DNA of 63,936 nucleotides, the filler included, from Craspedostauros australis (lineage: Eukaryota), in the NCBI GenBank assembly GCA_030167865.1. It is 9 parts of 9 records of this genome, joined end to end, with 100 filler letters (N's around TTAATTAATTAA, not from the genome) between each part and the next. Parts side by side here need not be neighbours in the genome. Positions count along the whole stretch, not along the records: positions 53,667 to 61,104 come from JALAGF010004777.1; positions 61,205 to 62,309 come from JALAGF010004778.1; positions 62,410 to 63,936 come from JALAGF010004781.1; 6 more parts are not named here. One strand, 5' to 3'. The position numbers were made by a program, and so were the translations under genes. Position 1 is the stretch's first letter. Each line of letters begins with the position of its first letter. Positions 59,772 through 63,936 of the stretch are shown one piece after another. The notes beneath the pieces were generated by a model. The model saw only the letters and a program-made list of their open reading frames with translations. It did no database searches and was not told the DNA's origin.

Positions 59772-60935
59772 TCAGTCCCTCCCACCAATGCCTTCCGACT
59801 CCTGACGTTGTTGTTCCACCAACCAGGCCGGAAGATTTGATACGCCGCGGCCGCGACCTCGGCCTCGCCCCATGCCACCAAGCTTTTCCAATTGCAGCAG
59901 CGCGGTTGGTTCCTTCACAGTCGGTAACGCCGAAAGCACTTCCTGCCGTTCCTCTTCCAACCGTCTTCGAAGTGCTTCTTGGCGTTGGAGCGTTTCCTGG
60001 ATTTCTCTTTCTTGTTCTTGACGTTCTCGCTCTAGCTTCTTGCGTTCCCAGTACTGCAACAGGTCGTTTGGCACGTACGGATCGTACGGATCTTGGACAT
60101 CGAACGGTTGTTGGTGTTGGTCGTGTGAATGTCGGTGATCTTGGGACTGGCGATGTGTGTCATGCCCGTCTCCAGCGTTAGGAACATCCATGTCCACGTC
60201 ATCCATCTCGATTTCGTTCACATCCGTGCTGCTTCTTGGGAGAGGGCAAGCATTGGAGTCATCTTCCACTTTGATCAGCATCTTGGTCGTATCATCGTGG
60301 ATAGACAGCAACGGGGATCTCACAGAATTGATCGGAAGATCTTGAGCGGATGACGTCGATTTGCTTGCCGTTGTGTAAGACGTTGCAAATGAACTCGTCG
60401 CTTCAGATGGCGGTGGATTCGATGTTGACGCAGTGGGATCTCTGATTACTGTTGTTTCCGGAGGGATTGCGTGTGGTTCCTGCTTCACCTTCGTTCTTCC
60501 TTCGACAACCGCAGCAGCAGCAGATCCAGCGTCTGCGTGGACGCTAATATGCAATCTTGGCCGTTGCTTCGATGCGGATGCCTTCGGTGTCGAAAGCGCT
60601 GTCGAAGTTGCCACAGCTTTTCGCTTCCGAGCAGCAGCAGGGATGAACGCCATCGACGTCCCGGCCTTTCCGATGCCACCAGCGATGCCCGACGCCGATG
60701 CCTTTGCAGCTGTCTTTTTGCGCGACACCGACTTTGGCGCGAACATCGTTCTGGAGACCGGCGTGCTGGGCTTTGTTGTGTCAGCTGATCTCTCGGGCAC
60801 ATCCTCGAATTTGGATCCTTTGTCGAATTCCTTCTCCTTCTTCACCTTCACCTCATTCCTGCTGCTGCTGCCATCGCCAGCTGCATCATCCTCGCCCTTT
60901 GTGGCGGGGAGATCGCCGAACAAGCCACCGTACAT
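59772..60935 (-). CDS. SPF45/DRT111-like protein (N-terminal motifs only), ~387 aa
   Basis: MYGGLFGDLP start, FIPAAARKRK, DPYDPYVPNDLLQYWERKK plus coiled coil, ending GRGRGRGRGVSNLPAWL. Confidence 0.65.
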   Translation of the reverse strand: MYGGLFGDLPATKGEDDAAGDGSSSRNEVKVKKEKEFDKGSKFEDVPERSADTTKPSTPVSRTMFAPKSVSRKKTAAKASASGIAGGIGKAGTSMAFIPAAARKRKAVATSTALSTPKASASKQRPRLHISVHADAGSAAAAVVEGRTKVKQEPHAIPPETTVIRDPTASTSNPPPSEATSSFATSYTTASKSTSSAQDLPINSVRSPLLSIHDDTTKMLIKVEDDSNACPLPRSSTDVNEIEMDDVDMDVPNAGDGHDTHRQSQDHRHSHDQHQQPFDVQDPYDPYVPNDLLQYWERKKLERERQEQEREIQETLQRQEALRRRLEEERQEVLSALPTVKEPTALLQLEKLGGMGRGRGRGRGVSNLPAWLVEQQRQESEGIGGRD

Positions 60936-61205
60936 CGGGGCGCCTGATGCTCCAGCCACAGTTGCCACCGTTGCTCCCGTCGGTTGTATTGAGTTGATTG
61001 TGGTGGTTGCTGTGATTGGTTCGGATCTATCTGTCTGTGGATGGAAATGTAGCTCGTATCATGCTATACCATGCGCTTCCGTTGGTCTATCTACTTCTCT
61101 CTCTNNNNNNNNNNNNNNNNNNNNNNNNNNNNNNNNNNNNNNNNNNNNTTAATTAATTAANNNNNNNNNNNNNNNNNNNNNNNNNNNNNNNNNNNNNNNN
61201 NNNNA

Positions 61206-62309
61206 ACACCAGCAGCTGATAATCCATCACAGAAACCATACACCGAGTGGAAAGGTACCAGCGACGACGCAGCGTACATCATCGGTGGACTCTTCCGCAA
61301 CGAAATCGCCCCCAACTTCAAACAGTTCATCACCAACCATCCTGACTGGATCCAGGCACCACCAGGCAAGAACTACAACCGCAACAACCTGCGTGGAAAC
61401 TTCCGAAGCTGCATCAATCGTCTCAAGCTACACAGGGAAGGGAAGAATCAACGTAAGTTCACAAGTTGGATTGCTGTGTCACAAGCATGCCTGATCAAAC
61501 TCACATGCTGCTGCTGCTGCTACTGCTTCCATTCTTGTTCAGGCCTGCCAACTGACTTCAAAAGCCAAGCTGGCCTCCCTGCTACACCAGACAGGAACAA
61601 GGACATCACATCAACAGAGCGCAGTGGCTTGGCCATTCAACCAGGCGACGCATTTGGAGAGAGCGACGACGACGACGACGACGAGAGCTTCGTTGACAAC
61701 GATCACGAAAGTGATATCAGCTTGGAGAGCATCGATCTCGATAGTGGCAACACCACCACCAACAACAACAACAGCAACAATAACACTAACAACAACGCAG
61801 ACCTCACTCCAGGGCATCTCACAACTCTTGGAAGTCCCATCTCTGAGGCATCCTTTGAACCAGATCCTCAAGCCAGCACACAGATCGCAGCAGCCAGATC
61901 CGTTCATTCTCTTGTTGTTCGTTTTTCTGAGACGCTCGTTGACACCCCTTTGGTGACAGCGCCACCGCAAACCAATCCATCCAACAAGCGCGCGCGTTTC
62001 GAGGAGGACCATCGCGACACAACCNNNNNNNNNNNCACCAGCCCACCAGCGAACACCAACGAACACGAATTGGGACCAAGGAAGATCGATTTTGGCGAAG
62101 TCGGCGAATTGACAAAAAATATTAAGAAGATGACCGTCAACCCGTTGGGCCAGGAATCCAAGGCCCTCGTCTTGGGGGGCCTGCATCTTATCCCCATCAG
62201 CGTGGACGAACCAACCAAAACTGCAAATCAAGCTGATCAGCGTCGTGGCTTTTCAATCCACTACCACTGCCCGTACCTCATGCACTGGGAGAATGTGGCA
62301 TTCCAAATT
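61206..62309 (+). CDS. Hypothetical protein, partial at both ends, probable intron 61453-61542
   Basis: Open frame across the whole contig (EWKGTSDDAAYIIGGLFRNEI...NLRGNFRSCINRL). GTAAGT...TTCAG phase-1 intron keeps the frame. Acidic and Asn tracts. Confidence 0.5.
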
Positions 62310-62409
62310 NNNNNNNNNNNNNNNNNNNNNNNNNNNNNNNNNNNNNNNNNNNNTTAATTAATTAANNNNNNNNNNNNNNNNNNNNNNNNNNNNNNNNNNN
62401 NNNNNNNNN

Positions 62410-63936
62410 GTGAACGCGCCACCCCCTGCTGCGCCTGACGTTGCACCACCTGTCGCGCCTACCCCACCAGCGAGGCTCCCTCGTCGCTGCAACACTGTTG
62501 TTGCTGGGGGCTACGCAGATGCCTCTGGCAATAGCGACAGCACGTACGACGACAGCGGCAAGGAGCAACGAACACGCGCCAGCAGGAACAGGAGAGGAGG
62601 CCAGTTCGGGTACGATCCGGAAGAGGCGGGAAACTGGAGGCGTGATGCCATCGGTCGTATCATGGTAGCGCTTCGATCTAACCTAGATCCTAAAATCCTC
62701 CAGCAAATGCCNNNNNNNNNNNNNNNNNNNNNNNNNNNNNNNNNNNNNNNNNNNNNNNNNNNNNNNNNNNNNNNNNNNNNNNNNNNNNNNNNNNNNNNNN
62801 NNNNNNNNNNNNNNNNNNNNNNNNNNNNNNNNNNNNNNNNNNNNNNNNNNNNNNNTTCATACGTACGCGGCAATGTGGAGCTTCCTCCGACAATGTTGGC
62901 ATCTAACCTGTACACCCTCTGCTTGCTCGGACAAACTACAACATCCCACACAGTGAGAGCTGCTTTGGCCATGTCTGCACCACATGCACAATGCACTGCT
63001 ATCTTGAGCAAGCACGCACATGGACTGTCGGAGGAACAGAAGGCGCGCATGCTTTCCAAACGCGACATCATCACGCAGAGCCAGGCCTGCACCTTGCGCG
63101 GTTACTATGACATCTTGAGCCACGGCGAAGTCATCCCATCGCNAGTTCTCCAGTATCGCGTGCGTGCCTGTGATCTCTCTGGTGTGGTGTCCTTCCTCAT
63201 GACCACTACTACATACAAGGCAGGGTTGAGTCACATGGTACAGTATGGCGGGGTTCAATTCGAAAATGTCCCAGTGTTCGATCGAGGCGGCACGACCATC
63301 CGAGAATTATTCGGCATGTACTCGTCCACTACAAACAACCCAGTGGGAAGGCCGGCGTTCACCATCATTACTAACCTCCTCACACGCAAAAGCAAGATCA
63401 AGACGGGACTTTCTTCCTTCGAGAGTTACTTCTGGATGGCAACGGAGAAACTCAAACAGGCAATTTCGCGCCTAGTCGAGCTGCTGGAGGCTAAGTATGA
63501 AGCGGATGGGGAGGAGAAAAACGATGANNNNNNNNNNNNNNNNNNNNNNNNNNNNNNNNNNNNNNNNNNNNNNNNNNNNNNNNNNNNNNNNNNNNNNNNN
63601 NNNNNNNNNNNNNNNNNNNNNNNNNNNNNNNNNNNNNNNNNNNNNNNNNNNNNNNNNNNNNNNNNNNNNNNNNNNNNNNNNTCGGCCACGTTCGCTCTCA
63701 CCACCAAAAAGGAGAAGAAGAAGGCAACATCCACATCAACCAATCAACGAAAACCACGCACCAACAAGCACAAGCGCAAGAAGACCAATCTCAAAAGCGA
63801 CACACCAACCATCACAAATGACATTCCAGTGGTCACAACAAACGAACAACCGCGTAAAGTATGCAACCGTTGTGGCGCAGCAATGCGATTTGTGGATGAT
63901 CGTTTTGTTCCTTTTGTCACAATGCTTAAGGACAAC
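62410..63936 (+). mobile_element. Long open frame (absent from the ORF track) resembling the N-terminal part of a DNA transposase (Sola3-like)
   Basis: Frame +1 has no stop in 62410-62711, 62857-63527 or 63682-63936. It includes FENVPVFDR...ELFGMY...PVGRPAFTIITNLLTRKSKIKTGLSSF and a later CNRC. The family assignment is from memory only. Confidence 0.4.

Overview
Eukaryotic nuclear DNA, almost certainly from a diatom: it has GT-AG introns, bipartite plastid presequences with an ASAF-type motif, an Lhcr antenna gene and a DUF6824 protein. The window is nine contigs joined by artificial 100-nt linkers (N44-TTAATTAATTAA-N44), so adjacency across linkers is unproven. The first contig (1-23431) holds intact genes: a CHASE-domain hybrid histidine kinase, PSTK, ATP12, SF-assemblin, a FAM210/DUF1279 protein, a plastid-targeted enolase whose signal-peptide exon is missed by the ORF track, an Lhcr3-type antenna protein and Tic110. 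The middle (about 24.8-46.8 kb) is rich in damaged genes: ankyrin-BTB, MGDG synthase, seipin and two Ser/Arg-rich genes, broken by in-frame stops, frameshifts and short tandem duplications. It also has a ~465-bp inverted repeat pair enclosing a small Cys-rich membrane-anchored gene. The right part has a CRAL-TRIO-like/DUF6824 gene, a BTB protein with an RPA70N-like OB fold nested inside its C-terminal domain, a 1295-aa stand-alone COG3899-type STAND ATPase, an SPF45-like protein lacking G-patch/UHM, and an un-annotated transposase-like frame running off the end. All family assignments are by-eye motif recognition, with no database search.
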